Assembly: GCA_964016885.1 (NCBI GenBank)
Contig: OZ024746.1
Coordinates: forward strand, 55,366,001-55,430,000
Source: Eledone cirrhosa
Taxonomy: Eukaryota
DNA: 64,000 nt
Direction of reading: 5' to 3'
The translations under genes were made by a program, and so were the position numbers. The notes under the pieces are model-generated. The model was not told the origin of the DNA. It did no database searches and was given only the letters and a program-made list of their open reading frames with translations. This document shows positions 1 to 14,628 of the stretch, in pieces; within the stretch, counting starts at the first letter, position 1, and every line of letters begins with the position of its first letter.

Positions 1-93
1 GAATAACGGTAATGATATTGGTTGATTTATATGACTTTTACTATAATATTTAGTTGAATATCGTTGTTAATATAAGTTGTGCGGGGAATTTGA

Positions 94-137
<44 letters not shown>

Positions 138-139
<2 letters not shown>

Positions 140-968
140 TTTCTGAATATGTTTAGCAAGATTCTTTATCTGAAAACGTGTGTTGAAACCGATATTGTTA
201 TACTTTGGGAGAGACATGTTGCCGATAAAAAACACACGCACCAGTTGCTTTCACTCCAAATTATTATAAATTAAATTATAAATATAAAAAAATTATAAAT
301 TTCCGGTTGGTTGGTTGGTTCCACAACTGGACGGTTGTTCATATATTGTCAAAGTTCTTTCGTCACACATTATGTGACCTCTTCAGTGACTGGGGATTAT
401 TTTCTTTGTTTTGTGCCTCTCCTTTGTTCTGTCCTACGCCATCTTGTTTTTGTGTGTGTTGTGTGCTTAGATTGCGCATGTGTTACATCCGGGTGTCTGT
501 GTGTGTTTTTATTTGTTTATTTATTTGTTTATTTACATGTTACTAGTTAGTTGTTTGTTCTATGTGTGTGTGTTTTCATTTTGTCCTTAATTGTAAGTTG
601 TGATGTTGCTATTCCATTCAATATTTTCTATTTAATTTTGGTTGGAATTCATTTACGTTTATTGCCTCTGTGATTTGTCTAAGCATTGCATCTTTTCTGT
701 GTGTAGATTTTATTTTTATTTCTATGTTCTCTAATTAGCCCTTATATTCTATTTTAGCATGTTGGTGGAGTACTGATGATTCTTTTCTATCTTGAATCTC
801 TCGCCAGTGTTCATTTATTCGTTCTCCTATACTACGAGCTGTCTCACATATGTACACTATATTCTTATCTTTACATTGTCTTTCGGTACATATTATGCTA
901 TATACTATGTTTCTAGATGCAGTTAATATGGGGGCTTAGTTTACAGATAATGCATTTATTATCTATAC
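138..968 (-). mobile_element. PLE family A: inverted 3' arm (GIY-YIG remnant + pLTR + tail)
   Basis: Reverse complement of ~1410-2100, plus a terminal extension ending ...cagaaacg at a (TA)n run. The same terminus occurs at 20782, 38695 and 43118. Confidence 0.85.
348..390 (-). ncRNA. Minimal hammerhead ribozyme (PLE family A pLTR)
   Basis: Reverse complement: GTCA CTGAAGA GGTCAC-ataatgt-GTGAC GAAA GAAC TT TGAC. Copies at 1974-2016 (+) and 42864-42906 (+). Confidence 0.7.
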
Positions 969-2103
969 TGATTGCGGATTTATTACGGGTGATGAGAAAC
1001 GTGTCCCGCATGGGCAACCCAAAAAAACTAGAGAGAAACATACAACACTTCATCCACCGTATGCAGTTTTCTGGTTACAATCAGAGAGATAAATCAGAGT
1101 ATATAGAGGAGCCAGAACTAAATGGGAAAAAATGATAAATAATGATACAAATGGGACTTGCCCCTTGCATAGGAGCAAATTTTGGAATAGAATAGAAAGA
1201 ACTAGGAATAAGGTTAACAGAATAAACTCATGGTATGATAGCAATAAATACCAGAGTGTAATGTGCATCAATACAACCCCTAGTTGTGAACTAGCTTACA
1301 CATTTAGAAGGGCCCTAGATAAACTTAAACTAAATATTAAGATGGTAGAAATACCAGGTACCTCCATAAAAACACTTATTAGTAATACATACTCTTTTCA
1401 AAGACCTCCCTGCATAGACAAAAAATGCATAATCTGTAAGCTGCAAAACTAGAAACATAGTATATAGCATAAGATGTACCGAAGGACAATGTAAAGATAA
1501 GAATATAGTGTACATAGGTGAGACAGCTCGTAGTATAGGAGAACGAATAAATGAACACTGGCGAGAGCTTCAAGATATAACAGAATCATCAGTACTCCAC
1601 CAACATGCTAAAATATAACATAATGGCTAATTAGAGAACCTAGAAATAAAAATAAAATCTACACACAGAAAAGACGCAATGCTTAGACAAATCACAGAGG
1701 CAATAAATATAAATGAACACCAACCAAAATTAAATAGAAAACATGAATGGAATAGCAACATCACAACTTACAATTAAGGACAAAATGAAAACACATACAC
1801 ATAGAACAAACAACTAACTAGTAACATGTAAATAAATAAATAAATAAACAAATAAAAACACGCACAGACACCCGGATGTAACACATGCGCAATCTAAGCA
1901 CACAACACCCACAAAAACAAGATGGCGTAGGACAGAACAAAGGAGAGGCACAAAACAAAGAAAACAATCCCCAGTCACTGAAGAGGTCAAATAATGTGTG
2001 ATGAAAGAACTTTGACAATATATAAACAACCGGCCGGTTGTGGAACCAACCAACTAACCGGAAATTTATAAATTTTTTTTAAATTTAGAATTTAATTTAT
2101 AAT
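969..2103 (+). pseudogene. 5'-truncated Penelope-like element family A (RT thumb/linker + GIY-YIG), disrupted; possibly Naiad-like
   Basis: Translation ADLLRVMRNVS..IQHFIHRMQFSGY, then SVMCINTTPSCEL..IKMVEIPG, then from 1442 CKTRNIVYSIRC..IVYIGETARSIGERINEHW..RQITEAINI..PKLNRKHEW (stop at 1777). It has frameshifts and in-frame stops. The clade call is from memory of motifs. Confidence 0.85.
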
Positions 2104-2167
2104 ATCATTGAGCCACAACTTGACCCGTTGCCACATATATATCTATGACTTTATGTATACGTAAATC

Positions 2168-2242
<75 letters not shown>

Positions 2243-2337
2243 TATATATATATACAAATATATACATGTGTGCATGCGTGTTTATGTCTGTGTGTTCGTG
2301 TGTATGTCGTTTATGTATATTTACACACACACACACA

Positions 2338-2433
<96 letters not shown>

Positions 2434-2582
2434 AAAGGTACTCAAAATAGTCTCATATAACAAAATAGCTCTAAGAATGAGATATTTCCGAGCCGTATAT
2501 TATGATTGAATATAATTCAATTATAATATATATATATAGCCGTCGAAACGGTTTCAGCTCAGCCGTCGGGGTCTTACTGGTT

Positions 2583-2632
<50 letters not shown>

Positions 2633-2636
2633 CATA

Positions 2637-3607
2637 TGAAAACGGAGAAAAAGACAATTATTAGGATGAAAAATATATTTTTTTCCTTTTTTACTTATTT
2701 CTCTCCTTTTCTGGGTTAGAAAATGATTAAAACGAAATATTTTACTTTGTGTGAAGTATTAAGGTATTAGTTGATTTATTTATTAATTAACAATGGCATT
2801 TATTTATTTATTTAAATATTTAATATTTGTCTATTACCAGTCTCAACATTTTTATGCATTATCAAATAATAATAATATGTATTGGTGTAGAATGGTGGTG
2901 TTGGACATGTTAAAGAAATGGTGCGGAAAGATTAATGTTATTTACAAACAAGGTTTATGAAGTAAAAAGAAAAAAGATAAAAAGGAGCGTAATGTGGAGC
3001 ATAATAAGGCAATGTGAAAGAAAATATAATTTTATTTACAGGCATAGTTCTTGAAGATAAGCAGATCAAAGTGTAATTCAGCATGAATTAAACCCCCCTG
3101 CATATAAAATCTCTAAAAAGAGAAATCATATCAAACACCAGTCACCATTTGCCTCCATCATGGATCAAGTAACCACTCTTGCTTACCTTCAAGAACTATG
3201 CCTGTAAATAACATTATTTTTTCGTTCACATTGCCTTATTATGCTCCACATTACGTTTTCTTCTTTTATCTTTTTTCTTTTCACATCAAAAACTTTGTTT
3301 GTAAATAACATTATTCTTTCTACACCATTTCTTTTTACATGTCCAACACCACCATTCTACACCAATACATATTATTATCATTTGATAATGCATAACAATG
3401 CTGAAACCGGTAATAGGGAATTATTAAATATATAAATAAATGCCATTGTTAATTAATTAATAAATCAAGTAATACCTTAACACTTCACACAAAGTAAAAT
3501 ATTTCGTTTTAATCATTTTCTAACCCAGAAAAAAGAGAGAAAGATATAAAATGGGACAAAAATATATATTTTTCTTCCTAATAATCGTCTTTTTCTCCCT
3601 GTATTCA
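2637..3607. mobile_element. Family C inverted-arm element (~430-bp arms, ~110-bp spacer) in (TA)n, with HHR-like motif
   Basis: 2637-3065 is the diverged reverse complement of 3177-3607. 3382-3415 reads TTGATAA TGCAT-aaca-ATGCT GAAA CCGG TA ATAG. Confidence 0.75.
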
Positions 3608-3689
3608 TATATATATATATATAAATATCCTAACTCGTGTGCTTCCTCTCCAAATTTCATAATTATTATTATTATTATTATTATATATA

Positions 3690-4130
3690 TGAATGAATAT
3701 ATATTGTATTTTGCAATACACTGTATGCTTAATTAAAAGCATTTCGAAGAACTTACGATATTGTTTTAGAGTAGAGGCAGTCTCACTTATTTTAATTGTT
3801 CAGCAAACAGTGGAGATAAAGCTGACATAGCTCTGTTTCGTACTGATTGGTACTTATCAAATCCAAGTACTCCACCTGTTTGCTGAAAATCATGAATATT
3901 TGATTCTTATAGAATTCTAGTAATAATCAGGAACTGATTATATAGATCGGTTGCCGGTCAAGCAGAAATTGATTAAGCATACAGTGTATTGCAAAATACA
4001 GTATATATACATTCATATATATATCGCTATTTCAGAGCACCGATTCTAATTTTCAATTTCTGCTTGACCGGCAAACGCTCTGTATAATCAGTTCCTGATT
4101 ATTACTAGAATTCTATAAGAATCAAATATT
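3690..4130. mobile_element. Diverged relative of the 310-bp HHR repeat, with inverted arm (3971-4130)
   Basis: Shares catatatatcgctatttcagagca...aatttctgc..gaccggcaa.cgctc...cagttcctg with 15711-15792. HHR-like motif on the - strand at ~3800-3886 (TTGATAA GTAC-caatca-GTAC GAAA), closed by CAGCAAACAG/CTGTTTGCTG. Confidence 0.7.
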
Positions 4131-4483
4131 TAAAAGAAATGATAAACATCATCGGTAACTACTGAGCCGCAAGTTTTATATCGGGGTTATCCCAGTTTCC
4201 TGAGTTGCCTTGTTCTTGAAGAATGCCATGAGAAATGCTAGGGGTCCTTCACTCTCAGTGGTTTAACCGCGCGGTACATGTGTATATACATATTTACACA
4301 CTTTCGGATGGCCGTTGACTCTCATGAGTTCTTCCGCCCTTTGTTAGGTTTTGTTGTTTGTCCTGCAGGGTGCCCAAAATCACAAGTAAACTTAGTGGGG
4401 TTGCCGGCTTAGTCGCCGACGTCCCGACAATGCGACAGGCTGCACTGGGTTACATGTTACTAGTAGCACTCAAGATTGAGCCG

Positions 4484-5451
<968 letters not shown>

Positions 5452-5483
5452 TATATATATATACGTACACATATATATATATA

Positions 5484-5543
<60 letters not shown>

Positions 5544-5615
5544 CGTACACATATATATATATATGTATATATATATAATATATATATATATCCATATGCA
5601 CACACACACACACAT

Positions 5616-5669
<54 letters not shown>

Positions 5670-5954
5670 ATGTATATATATAAGGAAGAACCTTTTAAAC
5701 ATAGTGCACATATTTTCTGCATATTAAACTCTAAGCATTTAATCAATATAATGGAAATATAGAATACGTTGCATGCTGGAATCTACATTATATATATGTA
5801 TAGCTATATTTGTTTGTTTATGTATGTAAATATATATTCATGTGCATACATTTATTTGTGAATATTTTTGAGGCCGACTTATGTCACTACACGATTGTAT
5901 CCATACTTACAAACGCATTTTAATATGGTATATTGTGTATGGCAACTGTGCATA

Positions 5955-5997
<43 letters not shown>

Positions 5998-6160
5998 GTG
6001 TATGTGTTTTTTTCTTGTCTATGTGTATACCGATGCTAAACGTCATCCGCTCAATGGGTTTATGCACCCTGTTATTTTTAGTCTGATACCAAGGTGAAAT
6101 CTTCAATATATATATATATATATATAAATATAAATCTCTCTCTCTCTCTCTCTTTCTCTC

Positions 6161-6397
<237 letters not shown>

Positions 6398-6619
6398 TAT
6401 ATGGATATATATAAAGTGTGCGTCAGTGTTTTGAGGATAATTCCTTCTTGTGTGTTGACTTTCTTCTTACTGATTTGGTAGTTTAGTTTATTTTTCTTCA
6501 TATAATTCCAATCTGTTAGGTGACTCAGCAAATGAAAAGTCACCCAGTAATCGCGTTGCCTTAAAAGCAAAATATTGTGATTAAGCAATAGCTTCCTTGT
6601 TAAAAGATGCTCGTTATAT

Positions 6620-7395
6620 CTTTGTCAAAGTTAGAAAGGATCTGGAAGTTGCTGACGAAGATCTAACATCAGCATGCACAAGGCATGCAAAAGGCATGCA
6701 CAAATTCCACAATCCGAAGAGTCGTATGTAATACGTAGAAGACAGTGTATGTCGGATGTGACAGCAGAAAAGCGCTTGTTGAATCAGATAAAAGGTCAAA
6801 CATCTGGAATGTTTTCTCATGGGAACATCTTTGATGGGTAGCAAAGGATAATTGGAAGAAGTGATAGATGGCCATTGATATAGGCAAGTTTCCAGCGGTA
6901 ATGCCCACCAAATTTCAAGCGACTGTGATTTCTTTGGTTTTCGTCAGCAACCATATCGATGTCACGCCTCTTCATTATTATGCCTCGGGGCTTAAGAATC
7001 AATGCTGCTGTCTACATAGAGGTGTTTGAAAATGTTGTCATGTCCTAGATAGACATGTTACGCAACATAAAATCGTTTGTCTTCCAGCAAGTCTCCTAGT
7101 TTTCACTTAAGGACAGAACGACACATGAGTGAGGAGGGATAATATCCATGTCAACGTTTTTCAAAACACATGACGTCCTAGCTTACCAGACCTCGATCCC
7201 CTGGAGGCTTTCGGACGGAGAGTAATTGAAAGAGTGATCAGCGCTCAGTCTCACCACCCTATAGAAGATCATAAGTCTCCCATTAACAAACCAATGCCTA
7301 GTATTCATAGATGTCATCTGACTCGGGTATGCCAACGCTTCAGACACCGTATTGTAGCAGTCATTGAAGCTAACGGGGGAATCATTAAATATATA
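6620..7395 (+). pseudogene. Decayed Tc1/mariner-superfamily (maT/DD37D-like) transposase
   Basis: Broken translation MPTKFQATVISLVFVSN..GLRINAAVYIEVFENVV..FVFQQ..PSLPDLDPLE..VIER..CQRFRHRIVAVIEANGGII matches the catalytic and C-terminal pattern of maT transposases. Confidence 0.75.
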
Positions 7396-8261
7396 CCATA
7401 TATGAATTGTAAATAATATTTGTACGAATTTCTACGTAAATGTTGCATATCTTTGATGTGCCGTGCGTCTTCTCCTACATTCCTGCATATAAATATGAAA
7501 GAAAACATCTAACTAATTCACTATGTATCTATCTATCAATCTATCGATCTATCTAAATATATATATTATCTGCATCCCCCATCCCAAAGACGCATATATA
7601 TATATTTTTACTCCGTAGTTACATGTATGTGTGAGTTTTGTGCATGTACATTTCGCTTACATTATGGATATCTATGTCTAAAGTCCTTGTCCTATATAAT
7701 CATGTCTCAATATTCGTAGTGCAGTGAAGATGGTTCTGCTGGTCGTGTTATCTATGATTCTTGTGAAGATTGTAGTATTGTCGGTAATCATTGCGGTGTA
7801 GTTAGTGTAGTTGATATTAATTACCGTTTTCGCTGTTTGCCGTGCTACATAATTGTCATTGTGTTCGATGTCATTGTCGGTCTCGTCAGCCGAAATAAAT
7901 GCATTCCAATCATGACACTTCAGTTGCTTTTTTTTTTTGCACCAAATGCGTCTATTACCTGCAGAACTAGAGGCATAGTGTTGGCAAACTCGTTGTCTTG
8001 TGTTGTCGTTCCTGTTTTTATAGGTGATGAAGATGATGGTAGTTTGTGTAGATTAAATATATCTCTTTAAAGTGTAATTATTTAACATTTTTGCCTAGAC
8101 ACCCCTAATCAAATTTCTATGATGTGCAGGATACCTTGCCTGAGCCTTATAAGCAACAGTGTCAGGCTAAAAGCTATGGGTGTGAAGTGAGTAAGCTTCC
8201 AGTTTGAATGCTTATATTTTAGTTAACTCCGCGAAAGACACAACAACATTATTGTATGTAT

Positions 8262-8374
8262 TCAAATCCAGCCGAGGTAAACTTTACTTTTCATCCTTAC
8301 GGGGTCGATAAAATAACGTACCAGTAATGCACTGGGGTAATTGCTGGCTTTGTGCCAAAGTAGAAACAATTATT
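8262..8374 (+). mobile_element. SINE (octopod-type), 5'-truncated
   Basis: ttcaaatccagccgagg..tttcatccttacggggtcgataaaata..taccagt..tgtgccaaagtagaaacaattatt; at least 11 copies in the window. Confidence 0.85.
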
Positions 8375-9959
8375 GAATTTGTTGAAACATCGTCGGATTC
8401 CGACGAACTGTGTTTCAGTTCTGTGAGCAATGGATCAGCCCAGACATGATATTAACGACTGAAAGTTCGACAGCCATGTATATTCTTAATGGCATTTACT
8501 GGGAGATTCAGCTTTGCACCTGTACTCCTTTTTTGTGAGAGGGGTCGCCTGGAACAACGTGAAGTAAAGTGACTGGCACAATGGGTCTACGTAATGTCAG
8601 GCATCGAAAGCAATACTTTAAAATTGTGTTTGAAACCCATGAAACCCTGATGCACCGCAAATTCGGACGTAACTCTATGTCTGTGGTTTTAATATTTCTT
8701 CCTTTTATGGTTCTCATAGTTACACATATTTTACTAATATTGTATTCCCGGGGAATGTTGTGTATTTGAACGTGACACTTTATTTCACATTACTCAATTC
8801 CATTCTCCCGAATAAATTAGGTATACCAGTAATTTAAAGAGTAGGCTTTGTCACGCACTGAATCACGCTGACTATTTCTGATAATTATAGTATGGGTACA
8901 CGTTTTTTCTGAAATATTGAGTCTCATGTACGTTAATTTAAATCCTGGCGTATCGTTTATAATTCAATGCGAATACTCATTTTGAACCGACAGAGGTCCA
9001 ACGCAAAAAGTTCTTTATTGCAGGATTTGAGAGTGTAAATCTTGTATTGAGTATTGGTTCAAACAGTTGAGTAATTCGTTTATGCCAATTTCTATATGAA
9101 AAATCCTTAAGTGTATATACAGGCTGTGGGCGAGAAATACAGCTAAGAGGGTGGAGCCTCTACGTGATATTCTGACCTAAATATAGTAGCCCGATATTCC
9201 TTAAAGTACACACACGTCATATTAAACAGAGAATGATGCATTGTATAATATAGTCCTTGAGAGATTTGAATGGAAAACAAAGATATACTTATTTATATTT
9301 AAACAACACAAAATAATATTATGCGCATAAATAAAAATATGTGGTGAGATGTTATATTAGCCAAGCCAAGGGCATTCAAAATATAAAGAGTTCTGAAATG
9401 AATCCGATTTGTATTTGAAAACGTATCGTATCTTTTCAGACCGGCCATTCTCATTGATTGGGAATCGTTACACATTAAAGTCAATTTTAAGTCGAAACAT
9501 GAGCAGAAGAATGGAAAAAGAAACGTAAAAAATAAAAGCTTATATTCTTGCAAACGTAAACGCAAAGACAAAAAAAAAAAAGAAAAAGAATCTGTAGTAG
9601 TATACATTATGGTAAGCTTTAAATGAATAGTAAATACAGACAAGAAAAGTAGACATATTTGTCCCTTTCCATTATCTCTTTCACTTTGGTTAGAAATATT
9701 ATAGTAGAGTGCTTTGTGGGTTCTCATTTTACATTTCTACTCACAAATGTATTGTTACATGGTGCAATTACCTTTTAAAGTTTTTGAAACATAATAAATT
9801 TAAAAGCAAAACATATAACAATCTAGGCATACACTCACAGACAAAATCATATGCACACGCACGCAGAAACACATGCACACCAATGCATATCTAGAAAGCT
9901 ACAAATTGTAAATGTTCGCCAGATTCGTATGCCTATATAATATATATTCATATACACAC

Positions 9960-10017
<58 letters not shown>

Positions 10018-10043
10018 TTCTCTCTCTCTCTCTCTCTTTCTCT

Positions 10044-10076
<33 letters not shown>

Positions 10077-10078
10077 AA

Positions 10079-10120
<42 letters not shown>

Positions 10121-10229
10121 CACACACATAAACACATAGACATACACACACACACAAACACGCACGCACACACACGCGCGCGCGCGCGCACACCACATCA
10201 CACACATATATATATAACCCGGAATAACG

Positions 10230-10265
<36 letters not shown>

Positions 10266-10810
10266 TATATACACAAACATACGCGTAAATCTTTTATCAA
10301 TTCAGCTGTGTATTCAATATTTATGTTACTCTACAATCCCACGAGTGAGTATGAAAAGAATTGTTCGCATAAAAGGCATATAATTTCAGTTGTATCACTC
10401 AAAGAACTGTTGTTTGCGATGTTTTAATTCTTACAATATGCTCAAAGCAAATATAAACCATTTATAGAAATATGAAAATATAGACAGTAAAGAAATGGTG
10501 TTCACGGTTGTTATAGTGTATTAGACTGAAATCTTTGCAGAAAAATAATAAGCGAAAAGGAAAGAACAACTACAAATGAACACACGAACGTAGAAATAGA
10601 GCTACAAAGATATTTGTGATAAAATCTTCTCTATATGTTATGTTACCACCCAAATATTATATATATATTTATATATGTGCGAGTGTGTTTGTGTGTGCGC
10701 GCATGTGCGTGTGTATCTGTATGTGTCTATTAGAAAGTATGAATGCATGTGAGTATATATAAATATATATAGTGTCTATGTGCATTACAAACACACACTC
10801 ACGCATACAT

Positions 10811-10852
<42 letters not shown>

Positions 10853-10995
10853 TATATACACACATTTAGTGGATTGTAACACTACGTTAGTGTTGGTTCA
10901 CCAACTTGAGCATTCGATGCAAGGTGGGTTCGTTGAAGTATAGTGTGTTGTGTTATACAGTTGGTGTTTCCATCATAAGCAGAGTATAATATTAA

Positions 10996-11186
10996 TAACT
11001 GTTTTTACTTTTAGCAAAAGGCCAGGAATAACCCCAGTGCATTACTGGTCCTTTATTTTATCGACCCCGTAAGGATGAAATGCAAAGTTAACCTCGGTGG
11101 AATTTAAACTCAGATCGTAAAGAGCCGTATCTCTATGCTGCAAAGCATGACGTTCGACCTCCTATCGAAACTGCCAATCCACCGCA
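10996..11186 (-). mobile_element. SINE (octopod-type)
   Basis: Reverse complement of the same family consensus (tttatcgaccccgtaaggatgaaa). Confidence 0.85.
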
Positions 11187-11482
11187 GTATAATATTAATA
11201 ATATTGAATAAAAATGTATCAGAGTATCAACATTAATTGTATTCATGTGCGACGTATGTTTCACGATTGATCAGCTCAATGTTCGATTTTTATCGATCTA
11301 ACACCTCTCTAGAATCATTATGAATTCCAAGAATCTGAAGAACTATTGATTCCAGAGTCGGACCCGACATATCTGTAATGCTTAGGTCTATTTCTGGAGC
11401 CGTTAAAACCTCAACATGCACCTAACAAAAAATGCATGGATTCAAATAGAGAAACACTTGTACCACGTACTGTAACTTTGGA

Positions 11483-11662
11483 AATAATTGTTTCTACTAT
11501 TGGCACAAGGCCAGCAATTACCCAGTACATTACTGGTACTTTATTATATCGACCCCGTAAGGATGAAAGGCAAAGTTAACTTCGGCGGGATTTGAACTCA
11601 GAATGGCAAGAGCCGTAGCTCCATGCGTCAAAGCATGGCGTCCGATCCTCTACCGATACTGC
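11483..11662 (-). mobile_element. SINE (octopod-type)
   Basis: Same consensus, with a B-box-like gagttcaaatcc on the - strand. Confidence 0.85.
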
Positions 11663-12310
11663 CTTGGAAATAATATCAGAAGAAAATGAATGATAAAAGC
11701 TCTGCTAAATATAGCCAAAAATAAAAATGGGGCCAGGTTTTTTCTCTCTCTCTATAATCTATATATAATTTTGAGCGACTTCAATGTGTGTATGTCTATG
11801 TGTGTTTGTACGAATGTATGTGTGTATAAAAGGAAGGATGGGGTTGGTGAAAAAACTATTGCAAAACAGCGGCTGGCGTTACCTATGCTGCGCTGTGTGT
11901 GAGTGTACATGTATGTGTGAATTTGTGTAAATATATGTGAGTCTGTTTTTGTGTGAATATATGTGTGTGAGTATGTATTTTTTTAAGGATCTGTGTTTTC
12001 ACTTTTATATTTACATACTCATGCATGCGTCAGCCTTTTGAAAATAATTCTAGTATAATAAACTAGAATACAATATAACATGATATAATATACGTTAATA
12101 TGTATGGAACATACTCTATTAATGTGGATATATATATATTTATAGTATACTGTATTATAATTCAACATATGATATAATATATTATATAACAAAATGTATC
12201 GTAATATATTACGTTCTGGAATATAACCATGTTCTGGAAACATGAATGTCTGCACGTTTCAAGCTTTTGGGGATCACTTTCTAGAGATCTGATTTATGTT
12301 GTATGTATGA

Positions 12311-12973
12311 GCAAGGCCAGCAATTATCCAAGTGCGCTACTGGTGCTTTATTTTATCGACCCCGTAAGGATGAAATTCAAAGTTCAGCTCGGCGCGATTT
12401 GCCTCAGACCGTAAATGGCCATAACTCAATGCTGCAAAGCATGGCGTCCGACTCTCTTTCAATACTGCCAATCCACGACCCTCTGAGATAATAATTGTTT
12501 CTACTTTTGGCACAAGGCCAGCAATTAACCAGTGCATTACTGGTACTTTATTTTATCAACACGTAAGGATGAAAGGCAAAGTTAACTTCGGCAGGATTTG
12601 AACTCAGGATGGCAAGGGCCGTAACTCTATGAGTCAAAGCATAGCGTCCGACCCCCTACCGATAAGATAATAATTGTTTCTACTTTTGGCACAAGGCCAG
12701 CAATTATCTCAGTGTATTACTGGTACTTTATTTTATCGACCCGGTAAGGATGAAAGGCAAAGTTAACCTCGGCGGGATTTGAGCTCAGACCATAAGGGTC
12801 GTAACTCTTTGCTGCAAAGCATGGCGCCGACCCTCTACCGGTACTCCTAATCCACCGATACTGCCAAAATAATAATTGTTTCTACTTTTTGGCACAAGGC
12901 CAGCAATTATCTCAGCGCATTACTGGTACTTTATTTTATCGACCCCGTAAGGATGAAAGGCAAAGTTAACCTC
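12311..12973 (-). mobile_element. Cluster of four head-to-tail SINE copies
   Basis: Units at ~12311-12478, 12490-12662, 12668-12857 and 12870-12973 (last one truncated). Confidence 0.88.
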
Positions 12974-14579
12974 TTGAATAGAAAATGAAATAATTGTGAA
13001 ATAATGTTATGTAGGAAGGAGACAAGGTGGAATATAGACGTGTTGAGAATACTTAGAGAAAATCGCACAAAACAGAGAGTAATGAAGTGGCAGGGAATTT
13101 GCCGAAGGTGGAAAGAATATTTAGATACATAGTGGGAATGTGACAACAGGATAAAGAAAAAATGAAAAGTGGAGATAATTAAAATTGGTAAGGATACATC
13201 AGTAGATTGAATAATACGACAGGGACTAATAAAGCGACAAGGGTGAACGAACAAGTTTACACACACTCACACACACATAATAGAGATAGCGTGAACGAGA
13301 GATAGAGCGATCGATAGGTAGTTAGCTAGCTAGATAGATAGATTTATAAATAGACAGATATACAAACAGAGGGATGGCCGAAAACAGAGATTTAATGACA
13401 CAATCAAATGACATAGGAGAGGAAATTTTTATAACCTAAGGATGGAAAGAATGTATTTTGATTGTAAAACAAAATAAATCAAAACAAACTTACATATTTA
13501 TTATAGTGAAGTGATAAATTTTGAAATCTAGATAGAAATTAAACATAGTAAAATAAATGTGTAGTTTTAAGATTATTTTAAGTATAGGAACGAGAAACTG
13601 CAGAACAAATGTATAGGGTTTGCAGAGCTAAGGAATTTGGCGTGGTGTGATTAAGAGGGGTTTAGCGCATTCTTTTGTGCAAGGGTCATGACGCCTTTCC
13701 TTTATATATGGATAAATTAAATGTGGTTGAACTTTCAGAATGGCTGAAAGGAACATCACATTGGTGTGAGATTCTGAAAAGAATTAATTAAATAAGATGA
13801 AATAAATCATACCGGATATACCAACGACTGATAGTTATATTATTTTTAATGATATATATATTTCAATTATCGCTTATTCAATGGGGATATCTTCCCAAAT
13901 AAGGGAACAGTACTGCATTGTGACACACATGCGCTTTGTAGAGTATTTACTTGTAGAGTATTTACGAGACAGCTGATTTGATGCGGACCTAGATATCTCC
14001 AGGAGGTTCGCCCTCGGGTACGCCGCTAGAGATCATCGGAGTTGATAGGTCTTATATTCGGAGTGATCACGAGGGTACACTATTCTTTTGATTGAGGGAA
14101 TTGAAATGGAACCAGCGAATTATAAACTCAGTATTTAAAGGGACAAAGAATCTGTACTACTGAAGTGGATTTAATCTCACACTCGTCCACTACTTTCACT
14201 CTTCCCCTTCATTTATCAATAGTTGATTATATTTCCCATTTTAACATTCAAGTTAAATGAGATAACTTCAATCAACAAAATTGTTTTATAGAGAAACCTC
14301 CTAAATATTTCATTTACAGTACTCAATGTTATTTAAGTCCGCAATAAACTTTCAAAGATCATATACACCTTAATAATTAACAATACATGAAGTCAGAAGA
14401 GCAAAGAAAGTTAAAATGAATTATATAGCGTTTAACGTAATCTTCACAAACAATTCTTAAATGAAATTTGTTATTTCTATACAAAGTTGTTGTTTTAGAT
14501 TTGACCCAGGCAAATCTTGGGCAAAGCTATCCATTGCGCATATATATATATATGGATGGGTGTGGGTGTGTGTGTGTAC

Positions 14580-14625
<46 letters not shown>

Positions 14626-14628
<3 letters not shown>

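Noticed and set aside
168-200. CTGAAAA..GAAAC HHR-like motif antisense in the family A tail
   Set aside because: Core varies among copies (ATGAAAA, ATGAAAT) and there is no stem I.
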